From assembly GCF_030684315.1 (NCBI RefSeq), contig NC_081359.1:12176127-12240126 (forward strand): a stretch of DNA of 64,000 bases, written 5' to 3'. Each line of letters begins with the position of its first letter. Position 1 is the stretch's first letter. A model generated the notes under the pieces. That model was not told the DNA's origin and searched no databases. It saw only the letters and a program-made list of their open reading frames with translations. The stretch is from Stegostoma tigrinum (taxonomy: Eukaryota). Below, in pieces: positions 13,471 through 26,069 of this stretch. Made by a program: the position numbers and the translations under genes.

Positions 13471-14895
13471 TAACAAGGTGTAGAGCTGGATGAACACAGC
13501 GGGCCAAACGGCATCAGAGGAGCAAGAAAGCTGATATCTTGGGCCTAGTCCCTTCTTCAGAAATGGGGGAGGTAAGAAGGTGAATAGGGAGAGAGGGGGA
13601 GGCGAACAGAAGATGGATAGCGGAGTAGACAGGTGGAGAGGAGACAGACAGGTCAAAGAGGTGGGGATGGAGCCAATAAAAGTGAGGGAGGAGATAGGTC
13701 AGTTTAGGGAGGACGGACAGGTCAAGGGGGTGGGATGAGGTTAGTAGGTCAGAGGTGGGGATGGAGCTAGAGGGAGGAGGAGGGGATAGAAGGGAAGAAG
13801 GACAGGTTAGGGAGGTGGGGATGAGCTGGGCTGGTTTTGGGATACGGTAGGGGGAGGGGAGATTTTGAAGCTTGTGAAGTCGACATTGATACCATTGGGC
13901 TGCGGGGTTCCCAAGCGGAATATGAGTTGCTGTTCCTGAAACCTTTGGGTGGCATCATTGTGGCACTGCAGGAGGCCCATGACGGACATGTCATCTGAGG
14001 AATGGGAGCGGGAGTGGAAATGGTTTGCGACTGGGAGGTGCGGTTGTTTGTTGCGAACTGAACAGAGGTGTTCTGCAAAGCGGTCCCCAAGCCTCCACTT
14101 GGTTTCCCCAATGTAGAGGAAGCCACAACGGGAACAGAGATGCAGTATACCACATTGGCAGATGTGCAGGTGAACATCTGATTGATGTGGAAAGTCTTCT
14201 TGGGGCCTGGGATGGGTGTGAGAGGGTAGGTGTAGGAGCAGGTATATCGCTTCCTGCGGTTGCAGGGAAAATTGCCAGGTGTGGTGGGGTTGGAGGGGAG
14301 TGTGGAGCAGACAAGGGAGTCACAGAGAGAGTCATCCCTCTGGAAAGCAAATAAGGAGGGAAAAATCAGTAAGGAGGGAAATATCTCTTTGGTCCTGGGG
14401 TCGGATTATAGATGGCGGAAGTGTCGAAGGATGATGTGTTGGATCTGGAGGGTTCAATATCTCCCCTCCTCCGACTGCATCCCAAAACCAGCCCAGCCCG
14501 TCCCTGCCTCCCTACCCTGTCCTTCCTCCCACTTATTCACTCCTCGCACCTTAAGCCCCATCTCCTCCCTAACCTCATCTGGCCCCCTTAACCCATCTGT
14601 CCTCCCTGGACTGACTTATCTCCTCCCTAACTCCTTATCTACACTCACCTTTACTGGCTCCATCCCCACATCTTTGACCTGTCTGTATCTTCTCCATTAT
14701 CCATCTTCTATCCACCTCTCCCTCTCTCCCTATTTATTTCAGAACCCCCTTCTCCTCCCCCATTTCTGAAGAAGGGTCTAGGCCCAAAACCTCAGCCTTC
14801 CTGCTCCCCTGATGCTGCTTGGCCTGTTGTGTTCATCCAGCTCAACACGTTGTTGTCTCAAATTCTCCAGCATCTGCAGTTCCTACTATCTCTAA
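13471..14895. mobile_element. PLE family A, inverted structure (minus arm 13471-14454 with frameshifted GIY-YIG; plus arm 14455-14895 pLTR)
   Basis: FTCTSANVVYC and MGLLQCHNDATQRFQEQQLIFRLGT on the minus strand. Both arms end in the same pLTR and carry decayed hammerhead cores. Possible degraded TSD acaattaattta/acagataattta. Confidence 0.9.
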
Positions 14896-15494
14896 CAGAT
14901 AATTTAGTTCAGATGGGTGAGTTTTATCCTCCACGTTGGCCTTCAAGGAAATGGAAACAAAAAAAATTAAATCAACTTGGCCAAATAATGATAAGTGAAA
15001 GGACCCAGTTCATTTTAAAGATTTCATATTTACAGTGGGAAAAATAATCTTATTTCCTACTGAAATGAACAATGATGCATTTATTCTCAGGATTATTTCC
15101 TTGTGGAGTTTAGAAATGTTGCTGTGAGCTCAGTAGAAAAAAAACAAATGAGGAGCGGGTGTGGGTCAGGAACACAAAAGGGTTTGAGTGGATCTTGGAG
15201 AAAATAATGAAATGTTATTGGCAAAATGTTACAATTTGCGGGCCCAGTAGTTTTGTTGAGATTCCGTCGATCTCCACCTAAAACTAGGAAATTTGCCTGG
15301 CAACTTGGAAATGGCATGGTACCTAAAACAGACATTCCCATCAGCCCTGATGGTCTCATGTTGATAATGGAGGAAAATTCATGGAAGCCAGCAGAATTTC
15401 AGGCCCTAGATTAAATCATCCATCTCGTTGTTCACCTGAAACGCCCAAGCCAATTACCAATTTCTAATTGATCAGAGAAATTATTATGTTAGAA

Positions 15495-16431
15495 TTATAT
15501 AGGTTTGCAGAGGGTCCAGTTTAGTTTGGAATTATGATTGTCGTGGCCACTTTGGGCCGAAGGATTTCCTTCCATGCTGTATTTCTCTCTATGAATACTT
15601 GCCTGATGCATACAGGTCTGAGAACCATACCAGTGTGGTGGCTCTCCAGCACTGAACTCTGTGGAATGCCATTGGAAGCTGACTTCCAGCCACAGAGATA
15701 TTCCTCTACCATCATCTGCCTCTCGACCAAGATTGGATCCAACGTGCACTTTGCCTCGGAACTCATGACCCTTACTTTTTTGACCTAAAATGGAAAATAC
15801 TGGAGAAATTCAGCAGGTCTGGCAGCGTCTGCAGAGAAAAAGCAGTATTAATGCTTCAGGCCAGGTGACCCTCTTCAGAACTTGCTGAGTTTCTCCAGCA
15901 ATTTCTGTTTCTTTTTCTGATTTCAAAAATCGGCAGTCTTTTTGTTTTTTTTAACTTTTTTGACCAGTCTACAACAAAGCACCTTTTCAAAAGCCTCGCT
16001 AAAGTTTATATAAATCACATTAATATATTACCCACGTTAAGTCTACTGGTTATCTCCTCAAAACATTTGATCAAATTTGTCAAACATAACATTCCCTAAC
16101 AAATCCATGCTGACTTTCTGTGATTAATCTATGTCTCACCAAGTGCAGATATATTCTGTCTGTCAGAATTCTTTCAAATAACTTGTCCACTGCCAAGATT
16201 AGACTGACCGGCCTGTAATTTCTTGGCCTATCCTTTCATCCCTTTTTCAAATTTTGAGACAATGTCAACAATCCTTTCCAACTCTGGCACCTCACCTGCA
16301 GCCAGAGAGGATTTAAAAATTAATGCCAGAGCCCCTCATATCTTCTCCCTTGATTCCCTCAACAGCTTAGGATGCCTCGCATCTGACCTGTGGAGCTATC
16401 CCCATTTCAGGGCTGCTAAATCCTCTAGCAC

Positions 16432-16432
<1 letters not shown>
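15495..16432 (-). mobile_element. CR1 LINE fragments (RT and a 3' tail), interrupted by a PLE palindrome
   Basis: GWKSASNGIPQSSVL (GVPQGSVLG-like); NYRPVSL and QHGFV on the minus strand. Confidence 0.75.
15786..15953. mobile_element. Short inverted-pLTR PLE derivative (family B-like) nested in CR1, with 12-bp TSD
   Basis: TSD acttttttgacc at 15774-15785 and 15954-15965. The minus arm carries CTGAAGA-gggtc/acct/ggcct-GAAG (decayed core). Confidence 0.75.
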
Positions 16433-16471
<39 letters not shown>

Positions 16472-16492
16472 CATCTCTCTCTCTCTCGCTCT
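16433..16492. repeat. (CT)n microsatellite
   Basis: Directly visible. Confidence 0.95.
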
Positions 16493-17379
16493 GTTAATTT
16501 CCTATAATATTCCACAGTCCTCTTCTCTGATGTCTATTTATTGAAAGCTGGGCATTTCCTTGATGCATGCAGAAAGTCACAACTTCCACATGTCTTGCTC
16601 TGTTTAGATGCTGCAATGACCATCGAGTTTGTGCTGGGCACTTGTGAACTTCACCAACCATTAAAGATTAATTCATACTTATGTCGATGCTTCCTTAGAT
16701 TTTACAAGAGATCTTCATCTTATCCATCAAATCTTTTTCGAATACGTCTATGGAATTTGCTCACTTCCCATCAGAAGAAGGAATCACACAATGAGCCCTT
16801 TCACTGCAACTGTTCACATAGTGGTCTGTGAATTCTGTAAGCTTCTGTCTTAATGACATGAATTCTAGTCAATGAATGCTGAAGTCTAATCTGGTTCTGA
16901 ATTGGTGCCCTAACCATTTAACTCTTCAGTTATTAATCCTGATGTGTTAAATTTGAGTTCACCTTCATTCTTAACTACTAAGTATAACCTACTGACTTGC
17001 TTTTCTGTATCGCTCACCCAAATCTTGAAAGCTGAACACTAAACAATGTTTATAACATTTTAACAAAGTGTGGAGCTGGATGAACACGGCAGGCCAAGCA
17101 GCATCTCAGGAGCACAAAAGCTGACGCTTCGGGCCTAGACCCTAGATCACAGAGGGGGATGGGGTGAGGGTTCTGGAATAAATAGGGAGAGAGGGGGAGG
17201 CCGACTGAAGATGGAGTGAAAACAAGATAGGTGGAGAGGAGAGTATAGGTGGAGAGGTAGGGAGGGGATAGGTCAGCCCAGGGAAGATGGACAGGTCAAG
17301 GAGGTGGGATGAGGTGGTAGGTAGGAAATGGAGGTGTGGCTTGAGGTGGGAGGAAAGGATGGGTGAGAGGAAGAACAGG

Positions 17380-18063
17380 TTAGGGAAGCAGAGACAGGCT
17401 GGGCTGGTTTTGAGATGCAGTGGGGGGAGGGGACGAACTGGGCTGGTTTTGTGATGCAGTGGAGGAAGGGGAGATTTTGAAGCTTGTGAAGTCCACATTG
17501 ATACCATTGGGCTGCAGGGTTCCCAAGCGGAATATGAGTTGCTGTTCCTGCAACCTTCGGGTGGCATCATTGTGGCACTGCAGGAGGCCCATGATGGACA
17601 GGTCGCCTGAGGAATGGGAGGGGGAGTTGAAATGGTTCGCAACTGGGAGGTGCAGTTGTTTGTTGCGAACCGAGCGGAGGTGTTCTGCAAAGCGGTCCCC
17701 AAGCCTCCGCTTGGTTTCCCCAATGTAGAGGAAGCCACACCGGGTACACTGGATACAATATACCACATTGGCAGATGTGCAGGTGAACATCTGCTTGATA
17801 TGGAAGGTCATCTTGGGGCCTGGGATGGGGGTGAGGGAGGAGGTGTGGGGGCAAGTGTAGCACTTCCTGCAGTTGCAGGGGAAGGTACCGGGTGTGGTGG
17901 GGTTGGAGGGGAGTGTGGAGTGGACAAGGGAGTCACGGAGAGAGTGGTCTCTCCGGAAGGCAGATAAGGGTGGGAATGGAAAAATAGCTTGGGTGGTGAG
18001 GTCAGTTTGTAGATGGCGGAAGTGCCGGAGGGTGATACGTTGTATCCAGAGGTTGGTGGGGTG
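17380..18063 (-). pseudogene. 5'-truncated but stop-free PLE linker plus GIY-YIG endonuclease frame (227 aa)
   Basis: HPTNLWIQR...AFRRDHSLRDSLVHS...PCNCRKCYTCPH...NVVYCIQCTRCGFLYIGETKRRLGDRFAEH...HFNSPSH...RLQEQQLIFRLGTLQPNGIN. VVY-YIG, CxxC..H..H and the conserved R/E/N residues are present; the RT is absent. Confidence 0.9.
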
Positions 18064-18068
18064 TTATG

Positions 18069-18517
18069 TCACCTGCACATCTGCCAATGTGGTATATTGT
18101 ATCCATTGCACCCGGTGTGGCTTCCTCTACATTGGGGAAACCAAGTGGAGGCTTGGGGACCGCTTTGCAGAACACCTCTGTTCAGTTCGCAACAAACAAC
18201 TGCACCTCCCGGTTGTGAAACATTTCAACTCCCCCTCCCATTCCTCAGACGACATGTCCATCATGGGCCTCCTGCAGTGCCACAATGATGCCACCCGAAG
18301 GTTGCAGGAGCAGCAACTCATATTCCGCTTGGGAACCCTGCAGCCCAATGGTATCAATGTGGACTTCACAAGCTTCAAAATCTCCCCTTCCCCCACTGCA
18401 GCCCAAAACCAGCCCAGTTCTTCCCCTCCTCCCCTTACTGCATCACAAAACCAGCCCAGCTCATCCCCTCCCCCCACTGCATCCCAAAACCAGCCCAGCC
18501 GTTCTCTGCTTCCCTAA
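18069..18517 (+). pseudogene. Second (inverted) copy of the GIY-YIG endonuclease coding region
   Basis: TCTSANVVYCIHCTRCGFLYIGETKWRLGDRFAEH... in ORF 17873-18517. Confidence 0.9.
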
Positions 18518-19969
18518 CCTGTTCTTCCTCTCACCCATCCCTTCCTCCCATCTCAAGCCGCACCTCAATTTCCTACCTACCACCTCATCCCTCCTCCTTG
18601 ACTTGTCCATCTTCCCTGGACTGACCTATCTCCTCCCTACCTCCTCACCTATACTCTCCTCTCTACCTATCTTGTTTTCTCTCCATCTTCGGTCCGCCTC
18701 CCCCTCTCTCCCTATTTATTCCAGTTCCCTCTCTCCATCCCCCTCTGTAATGAAGGGCCTAGGCCTGAAACGTCAGCTTTTGTGCTCCTGAGATGCTGCT
18801 TGGCCTGCTGTGTTCATCCAGCTCCACACTTTGTTATCTTGGATTCTCCAGCAACTGCAGTTCCCATTATCACTGATACAATTTGTAACATTTTAATTCT
18901 GTTAGGATCTCCCAACATAAATTCAAGGATTTTGCAATCTCTCTGCTAATATGCCTTCAGCCTTGCTTCTTTGCTACTGATGTAACTTGCATACCAGTCA
19001 CTTGACTTTCTCAATTTGAGGTAAATGGAATTTGTTTATTATGGATTTATCTGCTTACCAGCAAGCAGAGTTTCTAACACTCCCTATCACAGTAATGAAC
19101 AAAGTTGTCAAGAGTCGTCTCATGCACTTTAGAATGATTGCTGTCAAACATTTGTTTCACCTGTACATTAACTTCCTTACATAGGTTCAAGCACTATAGG
19201 CTCCATCAGCATGATAATGTCCACAGTTGCCAAGTCGTGTTAATGATAATGCGCCAATGATCAATTTCAGTTCAGGGATTCATTAATTGCTTATTTTTTT
19301 CCCTTAAAACAGCAAAACATATTGCAAGTTGTGCAGCAGACATTACAGTAAAATGAATGATTTCCGTATGTGCAGATTGCATTCTGACAAGCAGCAAATA
19401 AATGGCTAGACAGCGCTGTGTTATAATATGAACACAGCGCACGGAGTCCCTAAGCGTGAACTGACTGAAAAGCAACGGACACATATAGCATAGAGCACCT
19501 CTCTCTTTGTACCTCCTTCATCTGCAAATGCTGACCTGACCATTCCACATCAATGCTGTGGATAGTGATTATCTCCCTCCTCTGATAAACTGACAAACAC
19601 GCCCAACTGCTTCCAAACTGATGTTGTCAGTTCAAAATCTTCCAAAGTTGAAAAAAGCCAAAACCTAACTAGCACACTCTGCCAAAGAAAATAGAAGTAG
19701 CAGCTGCGATTCATAAACTTTTATTCAGCTCGGACAATGACAGATTGAAGTAGCCAGAATCCTGTGCACCAGATGTTGTGGTCATGCCCACCAGAACCAT
19801 CTCGGATGTCTTGGTTAAATTCAATGCTATCAATCCTTCTCAATGTTATCAGTGTAAGCTACCAGCACCAACTGTGGAATGATGCCTGAAGTAAGGCTTC
19901 AGCAGAGGAGAGGTCCAGTCTTATTAAATAGAATAGATTTATTATATGGTACTTAGATGGATCTCAGAC

Positions 19970-20145
19970 CTGTGTGTTTAAGACTGAGGTAAATGAATTC
20001 TTGATTGGTTGGGCAATTAGGGGTTATGAAGAAATAGTGGGAAGTGGAGGTGAGGAGTGTTGGGTCAGCTTTGATCCTATTGAATGGCAAGTCAGGATGG
20101 AAGGGCCAAATGGCCTACCACTGTTCCTTTTTTTCTGGTCTTACT
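19970..20145 (+). mobile_element. CR1 3' end fragment
   Basis: FKTEVNEFL..GYEE and a tail with gaagggccaaatggcctac. Confidence 0.7.
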
Positions 20146-20280
20146 TAATACATGACATCTGAGTTATATGATAATCTCACATGAAACCTTCAGAGTAAGC
20201 ATATGTTACAGTTCAACTAGGAGGAATTTAACACTTAGAACAATATCTGGAATATTGAAAGCAAATGTTATAAAGTAGAA

Positions 20281-21427
20281 GTTGACACCCCTCTGATAGC
20301 TAAATCTGCAACACCCAGAGAGGAGCACCTTGCCTAATAATCTGGTAAAAAGGAGTGAGAAAAGTGGTGTAACCTGCTTCTCAGCAACTTCTGGTAGTTA
20401 AATAAAACAAGGCTTTGACACCCACTTTACAATCAACAAATAACAATTGATTATCTAACTCTAATAGTGAACAAGGGAGAGCAGCAGGTCTGACAACACC
20501 CGAGGATCAGGGAAGGCAATATTTCACACCAAAACCATTTGTCAGGAATGACGTGCTGTGCATTTGCAGCTTCACATTTATTCACTGAATTTTCCAGCAT
20601 CTGCAGTCCTCCCTGTCTCTAACTATTAACAACCCCCTGAATAATCCCCTTGTAACTACTAACTATTCCCTAGTAAAAGAAGATTCTAATGGCATGCTGT
20701 TCCAATAGATACAGGTCCCACTTATATCAAGTAAAAAAAACACAGACTTTAGTCACTCAAAATTACAGCCAGATTACGCATCTTGCAGAATGCTCTGTGC
20801 CTTCTCTGTCAAAAGACCTATCAGGAATACTAGCTCATTGTGCTAGAGATGCCTTCGATTTAGATAGTGCATTATCTAAAACTTAGAGAAGACTGTGAGA
20901 GCTGGTGATTCTCTCTTGAGAGCTGAGAGATGTTAACTCTGGCAGACAGAAGTTACTTCTCTTGAATTTCCAACTGCCCTCTCCTTTCATACCCTTGATG
21001 ACATCTCAATTTCTTACAACAGGATTGGTTCTACGTTGTCAAAACCATCAGATTTAATTTTAGATTTAATCATCAGATGAAGGGTCTAGGCCCGAAACAT
21101 CAGCTTTTGTGCTCCTGAGATGCTGCTGGGCCTGCTGTGTTCATCCAGCCTCATATTTTATTATCTTGGATTCTCCAGCATCTGCAGTTCCCATTATCAC
21201 AGATTTAATTTTAGTTGGTTTTTGGTCTCTGAGTGCCTGATCCATATTGATTGGCCAAAATCAAGCGAAACTGCTGCTTGGCCTGCTAACTGTATAGCTT
21301 TTTGATTCAAGTGTTTCAATTTGAGGGTTCTCTGTGCAGGCACAAACCCACAAGCTGCTGTCTGCAGACATTTTGTTTAAACCTCTGAGCATGGAAAAAG
21401 CACATAATCTTTAAGAGGGACCACACA
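20281..21427 (-). mobile_element. Possible solo LTR containing two PLE pLTR insertions (~20476-20620 and 21064-21199)
   Basis: LTR-like composition only; termini and TSD not established. Confidence 0.3.
21064..21199 (+). mobile_element. Solo PLE family A pLTR tip with decayed hammerhead and 15-bp TSD
   Basis: TSD cagatttaattttag at 21049-21063 and 21200-21214; core caGATGA-A-gggtctaggccc-GAAAC-atc. Confidence 0.85.
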
Positions 21428-23094
21428 CTGCTCTCTCCCCAACTCCCCACCCCAACATTTTACAAACACCAATATTTTACAAACACCAAATTCTAACGTT
21501 CTGCCTTCCAATCCACAAATACTCCACCCAACTTCACAACACAAAGTGCTATCCTCACAGGAACAGGCCTTTATCTCTTGATAGGTGGAGCATATTGTAT
21601 GTGACTTCTATTCGCACTTTCTGGTGCTAGACGTTTTCTACAACGCCAGGGACCTGTAATGCTGAAGTAAATTCAGAGCTAAGTTAAAAGAAAAAATACG
21701 CATATCTCATTGACATCTCTTTGGAATGCTAGTTATGCCAACAATTACCCATTTGTAATCCATTAAAAAAAATTTGACTTGAACAAATAGGTGTCTTGCC
21801 AGCATCCAAATAGGCTTCCATTAAGACAAGATGTGGCTGCAGTGGAGTTAACTTGTATGCTCAAACCTAATACATCATGCTTTTACTTCTTCCTAACCCT
21901 CCAATTCCTGCGGAATATCATTTCCAACAAGGGATCATAACAAGGCAAGCATTCAGGTTGCCACATTATGTTGTGGGGCCTCAAAAATATTATCACTTAC
22001 AAATCTCTGAGGTCAATTTTTAAAAAAATCTTTCCTCAACTCCACTCTTTGGAATATTGCCCAAATAAAAAATGATTGAAATGCCATTCATCTTTCTTTT
22101 ATCTCCCAAGGCTGTCCGAAGATCAGAGAAGGTTGAGAATATTATGGCTTTACTTGAAAGTGTTTCCCTTTTGTAAACATTTATATCCTGTTGCATTTAA
22201 TAAGGGCTATTGAGCAGAATCCACCCCGTACCTGTCAATCATTATAAACTGCAATTAACAGATACTGACCTATAGTTTTTGAGACTCCCAGTCACTTTGA
22301 ACTGAAGGCATCAGTTTTACAAGCTGTAAAACGTCAGCTTCATTGGTGCTGTTATTGAATGCCTGCCTTCTCCCTGTACAACCTATGCAAAAAAATTGCA
22401 ACTATGAGCAAATTTAATGCATTTTTTCAATTGTGATATTGACATTTGCAATAAGTGGCCTAACCAGCAATCCTTAAAAGTCTGGCAGCAGGTTACAGTT
22501 CAGGATAGGGGTTTGGATTGTTTAAGGCTGAGTTGAGGTCACTTAAAGTGTTGTGAATGTGCCAAATTCTTTATACCAGAGGGCTGTGGGCGCTCTATCT
22601 TTGAATATATTTAAGGATTGAGAGAGAGGATTTTTGGTCCGGCAGGAAGCTAAGAGCTTAACAAGTAAGAAATTGGATCTGAAGCCCATGACAAATAATG
22701 ACATTACTGAATTTTGGAGCAGACATGATGAGCGATGCAGTTTTCTCCTATTGCTATTTTTTATATGCCTATATCTATACCATAATGATTTGTGGTTTCC
22801 TTTTACTAGATGGAACAGTTAAAAGCTATTCATTACCAGGAAGATTTAGGGTTTGGTGTGGTAGTATACAAGTTAGCTGACGTTGTGCTTCAATGTTTGC
22901 TGATACAGCTCAAACCATGTACTTTTATGGTTATGTTGGGAAATAGCTGAGGCAGTTTGTAGGCTTTGTAGGTAGAATAATGTTGCTTTGCAGGAATTCC
23001 TTGTCTTGTTGGCTTTTGTTCACCGAAGCACGTTAAACTAGAATTAATCAGCAGACAGTATTTCATGCAGAATGACCAATAAACAACAATAACT

Positions 23095-23460
23095 TGGACT
23101 TATGTAGCACCTTTAACATGATAAAATGTTTCATATTGCTTCACAAGAGAAATATAAAGCAAACTTTGACATTGTGTCACATAGAGACGAAGAGGTTGAT
23201 GTGAAATAGTGTCATCGAAGAGCTGGGTAAGGAGAATCTTAAAAGAAAAGAAAGTTGGAGAGGTGTAAGCGTTTAGATAAATGGGCTTGCAGGGCATAGA
23301 ACAAATAGTGAAGCATTTAACATTGGAGGTTGCTCAAGATGCTAAAAGTAGAGAGTGCATATATCTTAGCGGATATGGGGTTAAAGGACATTACTGAGAT
23401 AGGTAGGAGTGAAGTTTTGGAATGATTTGAAAACAAGGGTAAGAATGATATAATCAATTG
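23095..23460 (-). mobile_element. L2 LINE 3' end
   Basis: Reverse-complement tail ttaaaggtgctacataagtccaagtt, an L2-type terminus. Confidence 0.55.
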
Positions 23461-23764
23461 GCTGAACCTTGCCTTTTTTGGCGAAATTCAAATTACTTTG
23501 AGCATTTTGCAGTTTTTTTTAATGCTACAAGGCCTAGTGGGTTTCCTTGCCATACCTTGCCAGATTCACCGCAATAATTGCCAAACTGCCCCTCTGGCAC
23601 ATTTCACACCTGACTTCTTCATCAACTTACTCTGTGAACGATCCGCCACTCACCAGATATTCACCCCAAGACCAACATCCCTTGTTTCAGCGCCACCTTT
23701 GAAAGCCCACTGAGTATTGGCACATGGGAACTGCACTGGTTGATTTTAGAGACTGTGAGGAGAC

Positions 23765-23960
23765 AAGGTGAGAAGAGGGAATTGGGACCATGTTTCTGCA
23801 ACAGGGTTGTGGAGGCCCTGGTCAATGGGGGGGTACAATAAAACATGTGTCCTCTGTCAAATGAAATCCTACCACTACACAATGCTACCCTGGTTAGAGA
23901 TTACCATCTTGGATCACTGTAGTCTCAATTGCATAGAAGGCCAAGCTGCAGTGCTGCAAT
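23765..23960 (+). pseudogene. Decayed Myb/SANT-like DNA-binding domain, probably PIF/Harbinger ORF2
   Basis: Across frameshifts: EKRELGPCFCNRVVEALVNG...WLEIT...VS....LQC, resembling R.P.F...LE.LV..V...W.EIA..V....R...QC. Confidence 0.45.
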
Positions 23961-24429
23961 GTACCCTCTCTGTTTCACTAGGCTAAGTGCCATTCTCTGC
24001 TGCATCTGTTGTTGCACATAGCTCACACCAAGGCTGACCCTTTGATATCCCATCTGCTGCATCCAATACCTTCCCTCACGCATTCTCATCACCATGTATC
24101 CTCGAAAACCACTAACACTGCATCACTTCCATGGTACCACCTTTGGTCCCTCAAAACACTTCAACACCATTTCCCTACTTGTTCTAACAATGATACCATC
24201 CACTTGCAATTTACTGAATTCACCCCATAATGTCATTATGGAGAAGACATTCCATAACAAGGCAGAGTGAGACCATTTTGGCGGGTAGGTTCCCAATACC
24301 TATGTCCTCACCTCCTCTGAGGAGAGAATAATTGCTCTTGCTACAGAAGACTGGGACTGCTCCTGTGGTGCCCATGTCTGTCAGCCAAGTAAATACCACT
24401 TGTTGTTCCATATTTGGATATAATACACT

Positions 24430-25840
24430 CTGCCCCCCCCTCCTTAAATACGTTAGTATGCATGAATAAACAATTGAGCTCCTAAGACTGTTCCTTGTAG
24501 AACCAGACAAATTTTATCCTTCCAGCCTACAGAAGACCCATTGATCAAGGCTGTCTGTCTTCTGCATGTTAACCAAACTTCAATCCATGCTCATACTTTA
24601 TCCCCAATACCATGATTTCCAATCTAATTATCTGTTGTGTGGCACGTTATGAAATCCTTCTGGAAATTTAAAACTTCCCAGAAATAGTAGTTAAATAATA
24701 ATGTAAGTTATCTGCTATTTCACTGTTCCCTGTTATCAATTCTCCCATCACATCCTACACAGTTTATTTGGCTACCTGCTTCTTTTTATGTACACGTAGA
24801 ATCTCTTGCTTTTTGCTTTTATATTTCATGCCAATTTGTTTTCGTAAACAATTTTCACCACTTTTATTAGATTCCTAGTCATCTACTATTGGTTCCTAAC
24901 AATTCCTAATCCTCTGACATGCCATTAGCTTCGTTACCTTGTTTTGCACTAATTTTGGAATGGATACTCCCCTTGATCACCTTTGTTAACCATGAGTGGT
25001 TCATTCTCTTTGACTGGAGTAGATTTCACTGAGTATTGTGAACTATCTGCGTAAATATCTACCACTGTTTATCATTCTCCTTAGAACATTTTTCCAACCT
25101 GCTGTAGACAATACATTTTTCATAGCTGTGTAATAGCCCATATTAAGGTGAGGACCCTGGTTTGAGACTCACGTTTCTCTCCCGCAAACTGAATTTGAAA
25201 TTCTATCATGTTATGAGCTCTGCACCCTTGAGGATACTCAACTATAATCTCTTATTAATCTTCCCTCAGTGCTCACTACTAGATCAAAAATATCCTGTTC
25301 CCTGGTAGGTTATGCAACAATCTCTGAAGTAGTCTATAAATTCATCATCTATGTTACCATTTCCAGTATAATTTGCCCAGTCAGTATGCAGCTGAAAAAT
25401 CACCCATGACAAGTGTAATGCCTTCCTACAGGCCTCCATTATTTCCCGAGTTATATTTTATCTAACAGTGCGGTATCTCTTCGGCGGCAGGGGATGACCA
25501 TAGGTGACCCCCACCATTCTCTTGCTATTCCTGTTTCCAATGAACTGATTCAATGTCATGGCCCATTTCATCCATATCACTAGTCAGCACTGCACTACTA
25601 CTTCCTTTATTAACAACGCTCCCTCAGCTCCTTTTCTTTTCTGAAATGATGACCATCCATGAATATTAAGTTCTTAGTCTCAATCAACCTGTAACTGTGT
25701 CTCTGTCATAGCTTTCAAGTCATATTCATTTGTTTCTTCTGTGACACCAACTCATCCAAATGCTATGTGCTTTAAAATGTAAAAGCATTAAACTTCGGCT
25801 TTGTATCATTATAGTTTATTCTTGTTCTAGTTTTCACTGC
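24430..25840 (-). mobile_element. Degraded CR1 ORF2 internal fragments (endonuclease to RT)
   Basis: Minus-strand motifs VMGDF, QDIFDLV and DFQK; heavily decayed. Confidence 0.55.
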
Positions 25841-26069
25841 ATTCTTTTGCTTATATTTCTTCCTATATATTTACATATATTCTTCCTTATATTTCCTGTC
25901 ACACTTTGGTTATCAATCATGTAGATGTTGCTCTGCACCACAGTGCTGTCATTTCTTTTGGATTTTTTGAACTTCTCTCAAATGGAATCCTCTTCCTCCA
26001 CCACAAACATCCTACTCACCCCCAATCCCCCAGACTTATTAGTTTAAAGCCCTATCTATGACCCTGGTT

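Larger units (their letters stand above)
17064..18881. mobile_element. PLE family A (Neptune-like), young inverted insertion with TSD
   Basis: Minus arm 17064-18068 and plus arm 18069-18881 form ~740 bp inverted repeats. TSD tttataacattttaa (17049-17063) / tttgtaacattttaa (18882-18896). Confidence 0.93.

Noticed and set aside
17873-18517. 214-aa ORF as a novel fusion protein
   Set aside because: It is a chimera across the inversion junction: antisense PLE linker read into the sense GIY-YIG copy.
21540-21700. Minus-strand splice acceptor (ttacag|gtccc) after a pyrimidine tract
   Set aside because: All three frames stop within ~30 codons and no clear donor follows.
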